64,000 nucleotides of DNA from the NCBI GenBank assembly GCA_043228905.1, contig JBHGNT010000010.1, positions 21,204,001-21,268,000 of the forward strand, written 5' to 3'. A program made the translations under genes and the position numbers. Source of the stretch: Azolla caroliniana (lineage: Eukaryota; Plantae; Polypodiophyta). The notes under the pieces were generated by a model. The model saw only the letters and a list, made by a program, of their open reading frames with translations, made no database searches and had not been told where the DNA came from. Positions within the stretch are counted from its first letter, which is position 1. Each line of letters opens with the position of its first letter. Shown here piece after piece: positions 12,238-24,312 of this stretch.

Positions 12238-12283
12238 GGAACATTCTAGAAGCTTCAGGATTACTCCTGAAAACACTATAAAA
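12238..12283 (+). promoter_or_regulatory. Heat-shock element plus TATA box in chromovirus LTR
   Basis: gGAAc-aTTCt-aGAAg-cTTCa at 12238-12257 and TATAAAA at 12277. Same HSE at 17402, 40002 and 45246. Confidence 0.75.
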
Positions 12284-12532
12284 GAGGGCACTAGGCATTA
12301 TGTTGAACCAAATTGGTTCAACGCCAGTCTTAAGCCTTTTAGCCACCATTGTATATTCTCTTCATATAATACATATCTTTCTTATCATCACACACTCTCT
12401 CTCTCTCGATCTCTCTCTTTCTCTCTGTCTCGCTCACTTCTTCCTTCTCTCGAAGAAGTTCCACGCCTCTCATAGTACTAATCCTTCGTTTAGTACTAAT
12501 TCCTTCTTTGTCTCAGTACTGTTCATGACAGT

Positions 12533-12544
12533 TTGAACCAATTT
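12533..12544 (+). promoter_or_regulatory. Self-priming PBS (non-tRNA)
   Basis: TTGAACCAATTT is the exact complement of LTR 12310-12321. No TGG tRNA PBS present. Same in copy 2 (40302-40313 vs 40074-40085). Confidence 0.8.
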
Positions 12545-12604
12545 CCCCTACCTTCTGTCTCTCTCATTTCCTACTAATCTTTTATTCCTCTTTTCTTTCA
12601 TCCC

Positions 12605-13726
12605 ATGGCCACTGTTAGCGCTGAAGAATATCAATCTGTTTTCTCAGAATTTCAATGCTTGAAGGAGAAGTTCCATGCTTTGGAACAAGAAAACCAACGG
12701 TTGCTGGGGGATCTTTAGCAAATCTCCTTAGAAAAGCAGCAAACGCAACAACGGCATGGGGAACTTGCGTTACGCGTGCAACAACAAGGGCCCGGAACAC
12801 AAGGGATTCATAAAGAGCCCAAGATTGGCCTTCCCACGAAGTTCGATGGAACGCGATTGCAGTTTAGAGGGTTCCTTAACCAGGTACGATTAGTTATTCA
12901 AATGCATCCTTCCCGATATCCCACCGATGCATCACGAGTGGGTTTAGTAGGTACTTTGTTAAGTGGCTCAACGTTGTCATGGTTCGCTCCACTATTAGAA
13001 AAGGAATCTCCGTTACTCAACAATTTTGAAGAGTTTCTAGGTGAGTATAAAGCATGTTTCGGAGATACTGACAGCATCAGGACCGCAATCAACAAAATCC
13101 GGCGATTACGCCAAGGTGACCGTCCAGCCTCCGCATACGCTGCAGATTTTCGCCTACTCGCCGCCGATATCCCTAGGGATGATCAAGCGTTGATGGAGCA
13201 ATTCCGTTATGGTTTACGCAACGACGTCAAGGATTTACTCTTGACCTTCCCCGAAGAGCCAAAGTCCTTAACAGAAGCAATCAGTCGCGCGATGAGATGT
13301 GACAACCGCCTCTTTGAGCGACGTTCGGAACGACAACTACAGATGCCGAGGGCAAGATCAGAGCCCACCTACGCCTCAGTGGTAGCAAGACCTTTTCCGA
13401 GGGAGTCATATAATGCGCCTCCAGCGAATACTCCGACTCCGATGGAGATTGACACTACACGTCGTCGAGGGCCATTATCCGAAGAAGAAAAGCAGCGACG
13501 CCGTACAAATCGACTATGTCTTTACTGTGGTGGACCAGGACATATCGCAATAAATTGCCCCCATAGGCCAAGAGGACAGGTAAACCAAATAGTCGCTAGT
13601 TCTAATTGTACTAAATCCGAGCCTATTTCAGTAGGGATATCTGATAGTCCTAATAGTACTAATATCCCAGATCTAGCAAACAAATTTGATGTCCTTAGTC
13701 AGTTAGAAGAAGAGTTAAACGACTAA
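12605..13726 (+). pseudogene. Chromovirus 1 gag (PEG10/sushi-like, CCHC)
   Basis: ATG at 12605 with an in-frame CAG>TAG stop near 12716. Motifs PTKFDGTR and CLYCGGPGHIAINC. Confidence 0.88.
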
Positions 13727-16700
13727 GTCCAGCCAAAATAGGAGCCGTTTGTTTGGACAGTCCTAGATCTGTGCAGCCCATTAGTGGTTCCATTCCCTCT
13801 AAGCAAGTTAGTGATGTGTTCGTAGCCCAAGTAATAGTTAGTACTAAAAGTACCCCTCCAGTACATGTCCTAGCACTCCTAGATTCCGGAGCTAACTCTT
13901 GCTTTATGGATATCCCTAAGAAAACTCCAGTGTCCAGCCTCTGTAGTAGTCATTGATGGACGTCCCATTGCTTCCGGAAATATCATAGAAGAGTCAGAGC
14001 CCATTAATATTGTCCTAGATAACTTAGCATGTGTAGTATCATTTAATATTATTAGTATCCCAGATCATCCTATAGTTTTAGGACTACCGTGGTTCGAGTT
14101 ACATAACCCAGACATAGATTGCAGAACAAGAGAAATCCAGTGTCGACAAACCCAAGGGTCAACTCAGAAGATGGCAACCATTTCGCTACGCCAGTTGCGT
14201 AAAGAAATGTTCCTCTTTGCAATATCAGAAAACCCCTCCAACACCACTAAAGAAGAATCCACCGTTCAACTTCCCGAGAAGTATCGTCATTACGCTGATG
14301 TGTTCGATAAAGTACAAGCCAACACACTTCCTCATCATCGACCGTACGATTGCCCCATCGATTTACAACTGGGAAAAGAGCCGCCATGGGGACCGATCTA
14401 CAATTTGTCACCAACCGAGCTGGAAGTCCTTCGGGCCTATATAGAGGAGAATTTGGAAAATGGTTTCATTCGGCATTCGAAATCTCCAACCGGCGCGCCC
14501 ATTTTCTTCGTCAAGAAAAAAGATGGATCGCTTCGTCTCGTTGTAGATTACTGTGGCTTGAATAAGGTTACAATCAGGAATAGGTATGCTCTTCCCCTTA
14601 TCTCAAGTCTTTTAGAACGGATCAATGGTGCCAGGTTCTTCACGAAGATCGACTTATGGGGAGCGTATAACCTCGTACGGATCCGACCAAGAGACGAATG
14701 GAAGACCGCGTTTCGCACCAGATATGGGCACTTCGAGTATACTGTCATGCCGTTCGGCCTCACTAATGCGCCGGAAGTCTTCCAGCACATGGTTAATGAT
14801 ATATTCCGAGATCTATTGGATGATTGTTTGATCATCTATTTGGATGATCTACTGGTTTATTCAAAGACCCAAGAAGAACATGATTCTCATGTACTATTAG
14901 TACTAAAACGACTTCGAGAACATGGTCTGTATGCAAAGCTGGAAAAATGTAGTTTCGGGTGCAACCAAGTGGAATTTCTCGGCTACATCATTTCGTCAGA
15001 AGGCATCTCCATGGACCCAGCTAAGGTCAAAATGGTGGTAGAATGGCAGACTCCGTGTTCGGTGCGGGATGTGCAATGCTTCTTAGGCTTTGCCAATTTT
15101 TACCGGAAGTTCATACAAGATTACTCAAAGATCGTTCTACCTCTCACACAACTTACCAGGAAGGGACAATCATTCATCTGGTCTGAAGAAACGGACATAG
15201 CTTTCGAGAGTCTTAAAAAGGCATTTACATCGGCTCCAATTCTAGCTCATGTCGATCCGGAAAAACCATTCATTATCGAAGCTGACGAATCAGATTTTGC
15301 ATTGGGGAGCATTCTGTCACAACAGGGGAATGATGAGAAGCTACATCCTGTGGCTTTTCACTCACGCAAGTTTGATGCCGCTGAAATCAACTACGAAATT
15401 CATGATAAGGAGCTATTGGCAATAGTGGATTCTTTTATGCAATGGAGGCATTTTCTGGAGGGATCCTCTCATCCAGTCACCGTATTTAGTGACCACAAGA
15501 ATCTTGCCTACTTTCAAGATGCTCGTGTGTTGAATCAACGTCAAGCTCGGTGGGCCCACTTCCTCATGCGTTTCGACTTCAAAATTACATATCGTCCGGG
15601 GAGGCACCAAGGGAAGGCAGATGCATTATCACGGCGTTCGTATCTAGCACCCCGTCCCGGCGAGCCAGCTTTCGATAACCAAAAACAAGTCATCTTGGGA
15701 CCGGCACGACTACAAGCAACACAGATCTTTGACATGCCTATGGATTCCCGCGTTATCGATACCATACGTGAAGACTTGAAGACAGATGCGTTCGCCCAAG
15801 CTATACTAGCACAAATTGATCCCTCTCGAGCGTCGTGTTCACAATCGCAACCACCAGGTACGGACTATCGGCAATTCAAATACCATGATGGATTACTCTT
15901 CTTTAAAGAACTTTTGTATGTTCCTAATGGTTCTTGCCGCCTACGAGTAGTACAAAACTGTCATGACACATATACAGCTGGGCATTTTGGTAGTACTAAA
16001 ACAATACATTTAGTACAACGATCATTCTGGTGGCCCTGTATGCGACAATTTGTCGAGGATTTTGTTCGGACTTGTGATACATGTTGCAGAGCGAAAATGC
16101 CAAGGCATCATCCATATGGTTTATTAGAACCATTACCAATTCCAAGCAAGCCATGGCAATCCATTGCTCTAGACTTCATCACAGATCTTCCAGTCTCTAA
16201 GGGGTTCAATGCGATTCTAACGGTGGTCGATCGATATACGAAGATGGCTCATTTCTTGCCATGTACTAAGGAGATCTCCAGTGAAGACACTGCCAAAATT
16301 GTCATGCGTGAAGTATGTTCACATCATGGACTTCCCGATAGTATCATCAGCGACCGTGGACCCCAGTTCGTGTCAAAATTCTGGAAGCACCTTTTTACAT
16401 GCTCAAGGTCACTTGTAACCTCTCCTCCGGCTACCACCCACAAACCGACGGCCAAGCTGAATGAACAAATCAAACGCTGGAGCAGTATCTGCGGTGCTTT
16501 CTCAGCTATCATCAGGACGACTGGGCAGATATTCTCCACTTCGCCGAATTTGCCTATAACAACTCTATCCACGCATCCACTAAAGTTACGCCATTTTATG
16601 CTTATACGGGATGTCACCCCCGGTGGAGTGTACTTGAAACCCCAGAGGTGTCCACAAATTCGTGCGCGGAGGATCATTTGGAGCGGTTACGCAAGATACA

Positions 16701-17245
16701 AGCGGATTTATCTACTCATCTCCAGCAAGCTCAACAAACACACAAGGTCTATGCGGATCGTCATCGACTTCCATCCAGTTTTAATATTGGAGATCGGGTG
16801 TGGCTGCTACGACGACACATCAAGACTACTCGCCCATGTGAGAAGCTGGATTATCGGCGATTAGGTCCTTTCCGTATTATTAGAAAGATTAATGATGTCG
16901 CTTTTCATCTCGATCTACCTCCTCAACTTCGGATACATCCGGTGTTTCATAGTTCTCTCCTCGAACCCTACCACGAGAGCACCATCCCAGGACGTCTTAT
17001 CCAACCTCCACCCCTGATCGAGCAGATGGGCTGGAGTACGAGGTTGCCGCCATCCTTGAGTCCAAGATTGTTCACAACAAGCTCTACTATCTAGTCGATT
17101 GGCTAGGCTATAGCCCCAGCGAACGTACTTGGGAACCGATCGAGAATGTAACCAATGCTCGTGCTCTTCTTGAAGACTTCCATCGTCAATAACCACACAA
17201 ACCGGGTCCTCAATCCAAGAAGACTCGTGACACTCGTCGTTTTAA
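13714..17245 (+). pseudogene. Chromovirus 1 pol (PR-RT-RH-IN-chromodomain), frameshifted
   Basis: Motifs LLDSGA, YLDD, ADESD, integrase HHCC/DDE and YLVDWLGYSPSERTWEP. Several frameshifts. Confidence 0.92.
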
Positions 17246-17694
17246 AGGAGGGATAGTGTCATGATATGGCAAGACTCGAACCCATGACCTTAGGTTATAT
17301 GGGTCGAGCTCTTGACCATTAGACCATCTATTGTAATACGTAGGATATTATTTTCATTTACATTTTATTATAGGAAATTAGTGTATATTCCAGATTTCTC
17401 TGGAACATTCTAGAAGCTTCAGGATTACTCCTGAAAACACTATAAAAGAGGGCACTAGGCATTATGTTGAACCAAATTGGTTCAACGCCAGTCTTAAGCC
17501 TTTTAGCCACCATTGTACATTCTCTTCATATAATACATATCTTTCTTATCATCACACACACACTCTCTCTCGATCTCTCTCTTTCTCTCTGTCTCGCTCA
17601 CTTCTTCCTTCTCTCGAAGAAGTTCCACACCTCTCATAGTATTAATCCTTCGTTTAGTACTAATTCCTTCTCTTTCTCAGTATTGTTCATGACA

Positions 17695-18780
17695 GCTGTC
17701 GGCCCGAGTGCCGGCGTGAGTCCTATAGGAGAGATTAGTGGCGACAGGAGAAAGGGACCCGGCAATCCAGAGAATGACGGACGAGAATTGGGAGGAGCGG
17801 ACTTCCGGATAACCATTCCGGGAGGGAGGAAGAGGAGGCCTACGAAGAGGCTGGGAACACGGTACGTCAATACCACGGGAGAGGGTGTGGAGAGAGCCAC
17901 CCTCTTGGCTTGCGAAAGAAGGAAGACCCAAGATAAGGGTCAGAGATACAACGAGCCCGAGGAGGATCCTTCACACCGGTTCTAGAGACTCCGGCGGTCG
18001 GCCCAAGAGACGGAGTGATGATCGGTGGCGGCGAGGGGACGAAGCCAAAGAACTGCAGATGGGCGGTTTGCGAAGATCCTCACGCCGATCCGGTTGTCTG
18101 CCCAAGTGCCAACATGAGTCCTATAAGAAAGGACGGTGGCGGCTGGTGAACGCGACTAGCCGAAGAGGCCGATGCGGAGCACGGAAGAGACAAGCCAGGG
18201 TGTTGCGACCTTACACAGACTGACCCTAGAGGCTCCAGCGGTTGGCCCGAGTGCTGGCGTGAGGCCTAGAGAGACGGGCGGTGGCGGCAGCAAGGCAGGA
18301 AAACCGAGGTTCCACGAAGATCCTCACACCGATCCGGCGGTCGGCCCGAGAGCCGGCGTGAGTCCTATAGGAAAGGACGGTGGCGGCAGGTGAACGTTAT
18401 CGAACAATAGGAAGCGACGAACGGCAAGGAGGTATGAGGCGGGCGAGGTGGCTACGGACCATCTCAGGTCTTCCGGCAAGGTCAGTGGGCATAAGGAAGT
18501 CCGGTCCTACGGGATCCCCACACCGAACCAGAGACTCCTGTAGTTCGGCCAACATGGCAACATGAGACCGAGAGAGAAGGTTGGTGGCGGCGGGAAACGG
18601 GACCCGGCAACACGAAGGCAGGACCCGGCTATGCAGAAGACACGAGGAGAGTCGCGAAGGACTCCGATAGAAGACACCCGAATTTCGGCAAGCAGAGAAG
18701 ACACTGATTCGGAGACTCCGGCAACCGGCTAACAGGAGTCAGCGTGAGACCTAGGGAGAAGGATGGTGACGACAGGGAAC
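17695..18780 (+). repeat. Degenerate tandem-like repeats (about 120-250 bp spacing) in the B internal region
   Basis: Recurrent gatcctcacaccgatccggcggtcggcccgagwgccggcgtgagtcctatagga-like motif near 11941, 12070/17695, 17963, 18072, 18227, 18316, 18511 and 18711. Confidence 0.7.
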
Positions 18781-18895
18781 GGGACCCGGCGACACGAGAT
18801 AGCGGATAGGGAGTCGGTAAGACAGGGGCGGACGGAGTGCGAAACACTTATTGGTCGGTTACGGTTTTGGAGGGAGCCGGTAGGGGCAAACACGG

Positions 18896-19636
18896 TGTCG
18901 TGAAGAATTTCGTCCACAGGTGGAAACCAGGAAATATTGGCTACATCGGCGGGGTGCACCATGTGCACTCACCCTCGTGTAATTGTGTGAATAATAGGAG
19001 TTAAGTCGGGACGAAGAATCCCATGTAAATCGGGATTTATCCCACATTTGAGTGCATCCCTCTCCTTATTCTATAAAAGGAAGGGATGGTTCCTTGTAGA
19101 GCGGTTGCCCATTTTGTATTAGCAGGGTATACCATTAGACGGAGAGACATTCTCTCTTTCTCTCTCTCTCTCTTGTTTTAGGTCTTCTTCTTCTTCTTCT
19201 TCTTCTTCTTCGTCCTTCCATGCGTCGAGCCTTGGCATCTAGCGTCCAGTTTTCTGCCCTATACTCTGTGCAAGACCCCGCTCGGCGCGACAAGCCCGAG
19301 AGCTCCCCGACCGGCGGCTTGGCAGTAGACAATGGTTGTATCTCATGTGACCTAGGTCCGGCTTGGAGTCAGTGTCGAATCTCGTGGTCTTCTAAATACA
19401 TATACATTTGGTTGTGCATATTCGTGTCTTAGTGTTTTTTTCTTGCTTATGTACATGTTCGTGCGAAAGTAAATGTTGCATGCCTGCTCACTCTCTCTCT
19501 CTCCCTTTGGTTGCTTCTGGTGTGCTCCTAGGGTGCCCCAGAAAGGGTGAAGCACGGCTTCCTACGCTCCGTCACTCCCTAGTCCAAGACCCCCGTGGTC
19601 CCGCCTTTCTACACGCACGCACGTAACAACGCGACA
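18896..19636 (+). mobile_element. B-type LTR (TGTCGTGAAGAATTTC...ACGCGACA)
   Basis: Related to but clearly diverged from the 8975 LTR. Preceded by acgg and followed by B-type internal sequence to about 20255. Confidence 0.8.
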
Positions 19637-20815
19637 TCTTGAGGTGTGTCGGGCCGAAAAGGCACACCTGGGGAGGAACAAGAGTCTCACAAGTGGCCAT
19701 CTCGGGCCGGATCGAAGCGTGACTACGGGATGGTGTTCGGCACGGGTGGTGCCGAACAAAGGAAGCGGAAGACGGCACAAGGGAGGTGTTGGGAACAAGG
19801 TGACGAGTGCATAGTGGATTGCACAGGGTCGGAGTCAGGGGATGACAAGGGGGTCCGGAGGAGGATCCTCCACACTCGCTTTGTAGATCTCGGCAGCTCA
19901 GTCAGAGTAGTGAAGACTGACACGGCAAGCCCGGGATGACAAGTTGGTGGGGGCGAGGGGACGACGGCAAGCGGAAGACTCAGGACCTGTTGCAGCAGCG
20001 CGAAACGGGAAGGGCCAAGCAGGCTACTACGGGGTGTTCCTCAGATGCGGAGGACACCGGTATGCGGATAAGCAGCGATGCACGATCTGGCTGGGAAAGG
20101 GGCCGACAAGGCATGTAAAGAACCGGAGTGCGGCACAGGCAGCGCAAAACAACGCGGGACGACGATCAGGACAACGCGAATGGTCGATGGAGGCCAGGCG
20201 GGCTACTACGGGCGTTCCTCAAGCGAAGGACATCGGGCGTACGGCGGAAACCGGAACTTAATTATAATGACAGAGATTACAAACTCCAACAGTTACAACC
20301 GACAAAGCGGCAACGGGCCCGACATGGGGACCCTACTCACGCACACCGACGATAGTCACCGACTCAAAGAAACAAAAGGGGAAGGGGAGCGACTCTGCTG
20401 GAAGCACACGGGCTGTCCACAAAGTAGAGGCAACGACCTCCCGACACCCGCAGAGAGCGACGATTCGAGTCGAAGAGAGAGAGCTCCGCCTTCCGTTCTG
20501 CAGCAACCTCCTTCTTCCTCCTCCCGCGCGATATCCCCTTTTCTCTTCTTCTCTTCCCTTTTATCTTCCCCTTTATTTCCTGTCCCCCTCTGGGATACGC
20601 ACAATCCCCCTTTAATAAATGCATGTGGCCTAGTAGTCACATCCACCGGTTCGTGTACAAAGTATCCAGTCACGCGTCCATTCGTGTAGGGGCCGGTTTA
20701 CGCACTTTCTCTCCGATTCCGCCTATGGCCGGTTTTCTTCACAACATCCACCCCCACCAAACCGCGCATCCACCGGTATGCACCAGAGACGGGTAGGTAT
20801 CGAAGAAACCCAGCC

Positions 20816-23800
20816 TCACTCGTTACTCTCCGATTCTCCACCGGACCCAAACTGATCGTCGTTGTCGCTCCCGCTCGTAGGCTCCAGCTTGTCTTCGAAC
20901 CGCTTTTTGAAAGCTTTAATCCGCTTTCCGGCCACTGGCACCGCTAACCGTGTCCCATCGAGTTCCGCTAGGTGGTACGTGTCGTTGCTGTTCGCGTTCG
21001 TCACCATGTAGGGCCCGAACCATCTCCTAGCAAACTTTCGCACCGCCTTGTGCTGATTGTCGAGGTTGTCGTCGTATACCAAGATCCAGTCGCCTTCCTC
21101 GATCTTCTTTGGTCGCAACCGGTGCGTCCAGTTGAACCGGGTCTTGTTCTGCTCCCTTGCCGTTCGTAACCTTTCCTTCGCCTGTATCACGTCCTCCGGC
21201 CTCCGCTCGAGTTGCCGAATCCACGCCGCCAACAACTCCTCCCGGCTCATTTCGTCCTTCCAATCTACTGCTGCCCACGAAGAAACCGTCCGTTCCACCG
21301 GCATGATCGGCTTTTGTCCGTACATTAGATCCGCCAGCATAAACCCTGTCACCGAACTGTGCGTAGTCTGGTCTGCCCATAGCACGTAAGGAAGGAGTCG
21401 ACGCCAATTCCCGACCTGCCCACCGCATGCACGCACCAACGCCTTTACAATCGGTTTGTGCCCACGTTCCACCTTTCCGTTCGCCTCCGGATTGTACGCC
21501 GTAGTGAGGGAGAGTTTGACGCCTAGCCGGTCGAACAGTTCCTCGGCCTCCCGCGCATCCAACTCTCCCCGGTCCGCCACAATCCTCCCGACGCACCCGT
21601 ACTGACACACTACTTCTTAGATCAGGAACCGGCATACCGCCGCGGTTGTCTTGCTTTGCAGTGCACGACCTTCCACCTAGTTCGTCAAGTCTTCCCGTGC
21701 AAGCACCAGGTATCGCATCTGTCCTACCCCCATCGGCATTGTCACCAAATCCACCATCCACTTGAAATGGACCATATGCGGGTAGGTCGGGTGTAGCTCG
21801 TCCCGGTGTCGGACTACGGAGTGCACCTGACAGCTTTCGCAAGTCGTTACGAACCGATGCACGTCCTGGTATAGCCCCGGCCACCAGTACTTCTCCTTCA
21901 GCTTCTCGAACGTGGCCCACATTCCCCGGTGTCCGGCCCATGGGCTCTCGTGGAATGCAGCCAGTAGTTTCCCCTGCTCTTCTATCTTTGCCACTACTCA
22001 GAGTGGGATGCCACTTCTCTTCTTTGGGTGTTTCCATATGCACCCGTCCCACAGGAAGAATCAGTACGCCTTCCTCCGTATCCAGCTTGCCTCCTCTCTC
22101 GCCCATGCTGTGTCCGGCGTCATCGTCCGTAGGAACCTCCCGATTTGGAGTCACTCCCCGTCGTACCTGCTTTCGTCAAATTCGTAAGCGCCGGAGTGTT
22201 CCCTTTCCTTCTTGTTGTTACGTTAGTCGACCCGAAGAAGTCCTCTCCGACTTCTTCGTCTTCCGAAACCATGTCGTCTTCGTCGTTGAACCTTGCCCTC
22301 GAAAGCATGTCGGCCATGGCGTTGTCCTTTCCGGAGATATGCCGTATCTCCGGGTTTAGGGACTTAATGTACGCTATCCACCGGAGCATTGCTACGTCCA
22401 GCATCGCGCATCCAGAAACCATGACGAGTATTGGCAGGCAATTCGTCTCGATAATCACCTCCATCCCGATCAGATAATCCTTGTCAACCTTGACCGCCGA
22501 AACGACACCCCAAAGTTCGCGCTTAACTTGGGCGTACCCTCACTGCCGCTCGCTCAATACCTTCGTCCCGAACCGGATCGGGAATCGTACGCCGCCCTTG
22601 TCCTCCTGACTGATTACCCACTCGATCCCGGTCGGGCTGGTGTCCACCGTTACGCAGATGGGAACATCCTTGCCGTAAACCGCTTTATGGAGAGCCAGCG
22701 CTGCCGTAAGCGCCTCCTTTAGTCTCCGAACCGACTCCATGTGCTCCGTCCTCCACTCAAAGCTACACCCCTTTTTCAATAGTCTGTAGAGGGGTTCCGC
22801 AACATGTGCATAGTGCGGGATCCAAATGTGGTAGAACGCGCATGCCCCCAAGAATCTGCGGACCTCCGTGACCGACCCGCAAACGTTCCTCATCGCGGAG
22901 ATGGCCTCTACCTTTGCCGGAGACGGTTTTCTACCGTAAGGCCCGCACAGGTGTCTGACCACCAAGATTTCCGACTGTCCGAAGGCCGACTTTTCCCCGG
23001 AGAAGGTGAGCCTTGCGCGCTCTAGTCTCTGCAGCACCTTCTCGCAGTCATCGATGTGGGACGCCACGAAAATTCGACATCCGTCCGGCCCGATTGCCTC
23101 GTCCCTTTTCTCCACCGGGCGTCCCTTGATAGGGATGTCGTCTAAGAAATGCATGGTGATGTCCGGGATACAATCCTTGAGCACTTTGTTCATCGCGTTC
23201 ACCATGTGAGCCACTGAGTTCGTCCCTCCTTGTGGCAGGGTACACATCTGCACTAGGCCGAGAGGAGTCCGCATCGTCGTAATGTCTCTGCTCTCCACGG
23301 CTAGTTGGAACTGATCGTACCCCGAGTACAGATCACCGACAGAATAGATCGACCTTCCATCGAAGGCCTCCGCGAACTCGTCTATAGTCGGTCTTATCCC
23401 TGCATTACAGATGGTCACTTGTTGACCGGTTGTAGGTCCTGGATGAAGCGCAGCGTGCCGTTCTTCTTTGGCACCATAAACCACCGATTCGAATACGAGG
23501 CACTCGACGGTTCGAGGATGCCCATCTCCACCTTTTGCTTTAGGAGCTCCATCAACTTCGGGATGTGAGCTCTTGGCACTGGAATCGGCTTGAGATTCCA
23601 CGGTACATGCGGTACCGTGAAGATCACCATCGGTTCGACAACTGTCAGGTCTACGCACCCGATCTCCTCCGGTGAGAATGTGAAAGCCTTCCCGTGCCTT
23701 CCGAGCATTCTCCGAAACTGGTCCTCCTCCGCTGGCAGAAGGAAGCCGCCCCCACCGACCTTGAGCTCCCCATAGCGTTATGTCGGTGAACCGGTGCCCT

Positions 23801-24312
23801 ATGCCAACCGGATTCTGTAAACTTGGGTCCGACGCGACCCCTTTTATCCGCTCCTCGCTTCCCTCCGGCAAGGGTGCCGAGACTGGCCTCACCTTCCAGT
23901 CCACAGTCTTGTATATCGTATCCACGCGAGCCGTCTGATCCGACCCGATCCTTTCCCCGAAGTCCGCGATGACTTCGTACAATCCCATCAATCCTACCAG
24001 AACGGTCCAGTCTTCTCTAAGGTCTTCATCGATCACCTTTCGTAGTTCGCCCAAGGTGTCATCAAAAGAGACCACCTCCACGGCGCCGCTGATGTCTTTG
24101 TCGGGGAAGAGGACTCCGCATCCCTTGAGCCGCTCCTCCGCTCGCTTCCTCTCCCGGCTGCTAACGCCGGTTATAGTACAACCTCCGTTGTCGGAGAACC
24201 AAAACTTCCTACCCATGGTACAAGTCTTCTTCCGTACTGTACATTTGTGGGGTTGTTCCCGGGAGTCTGGACTATCGCGGCCCCACGCCTTGATAGCCAT
24301 CTCTAAAAATCC
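20816..24312 (-). pseudogene. Element C pol (RT-RNaseH-integrase)
   Basis: FLDD, VDTSPTGI and integrase motifs spread over several broken ORFs. Confidence 0.9.

Larger units (their letters stand above)
12093..17694 (+). mobile_element. Full-length chromovirus (Tf1/sushi/Tcn1-like Ty3/gypsy), copy 1
   Basis: 438-bp LTRs 12093-12530 and 17257-17694 (about 9 differences by eye). 5-bp TSD gttgt/gctgt, PPT aaaggagggatag, gag, PR-RT-RH-IN and chromodomain. Confidence 0.95.
8975..18895 (+). mobile_element. Non-autonomous gag-only Ty3/gypsy relative (element B)
   Basis: 5' LTR 8975-10402 split by a solo LTR, Trp PBS 10407-10423, gag-like ORF, then degenerate repeats with no pol motifs. Interrupted by the chromovirus at 12093-17694. 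3' LTR not identified. Confidence 0.72.

Noticed and set aside
8975-19636. The 8975 and 18896 LTRs as the pair of one element
   Set aside because: Their R/U5 regions are strongly diverged, the flanks gcgt and tctt are not a TSD, and there is no clear PPT before 18896.
19637-19665. Alternative PBS after the 18896 LTR
   Set aside because: No TGG start. More likely a deleted Trp PBS (tcttg...).
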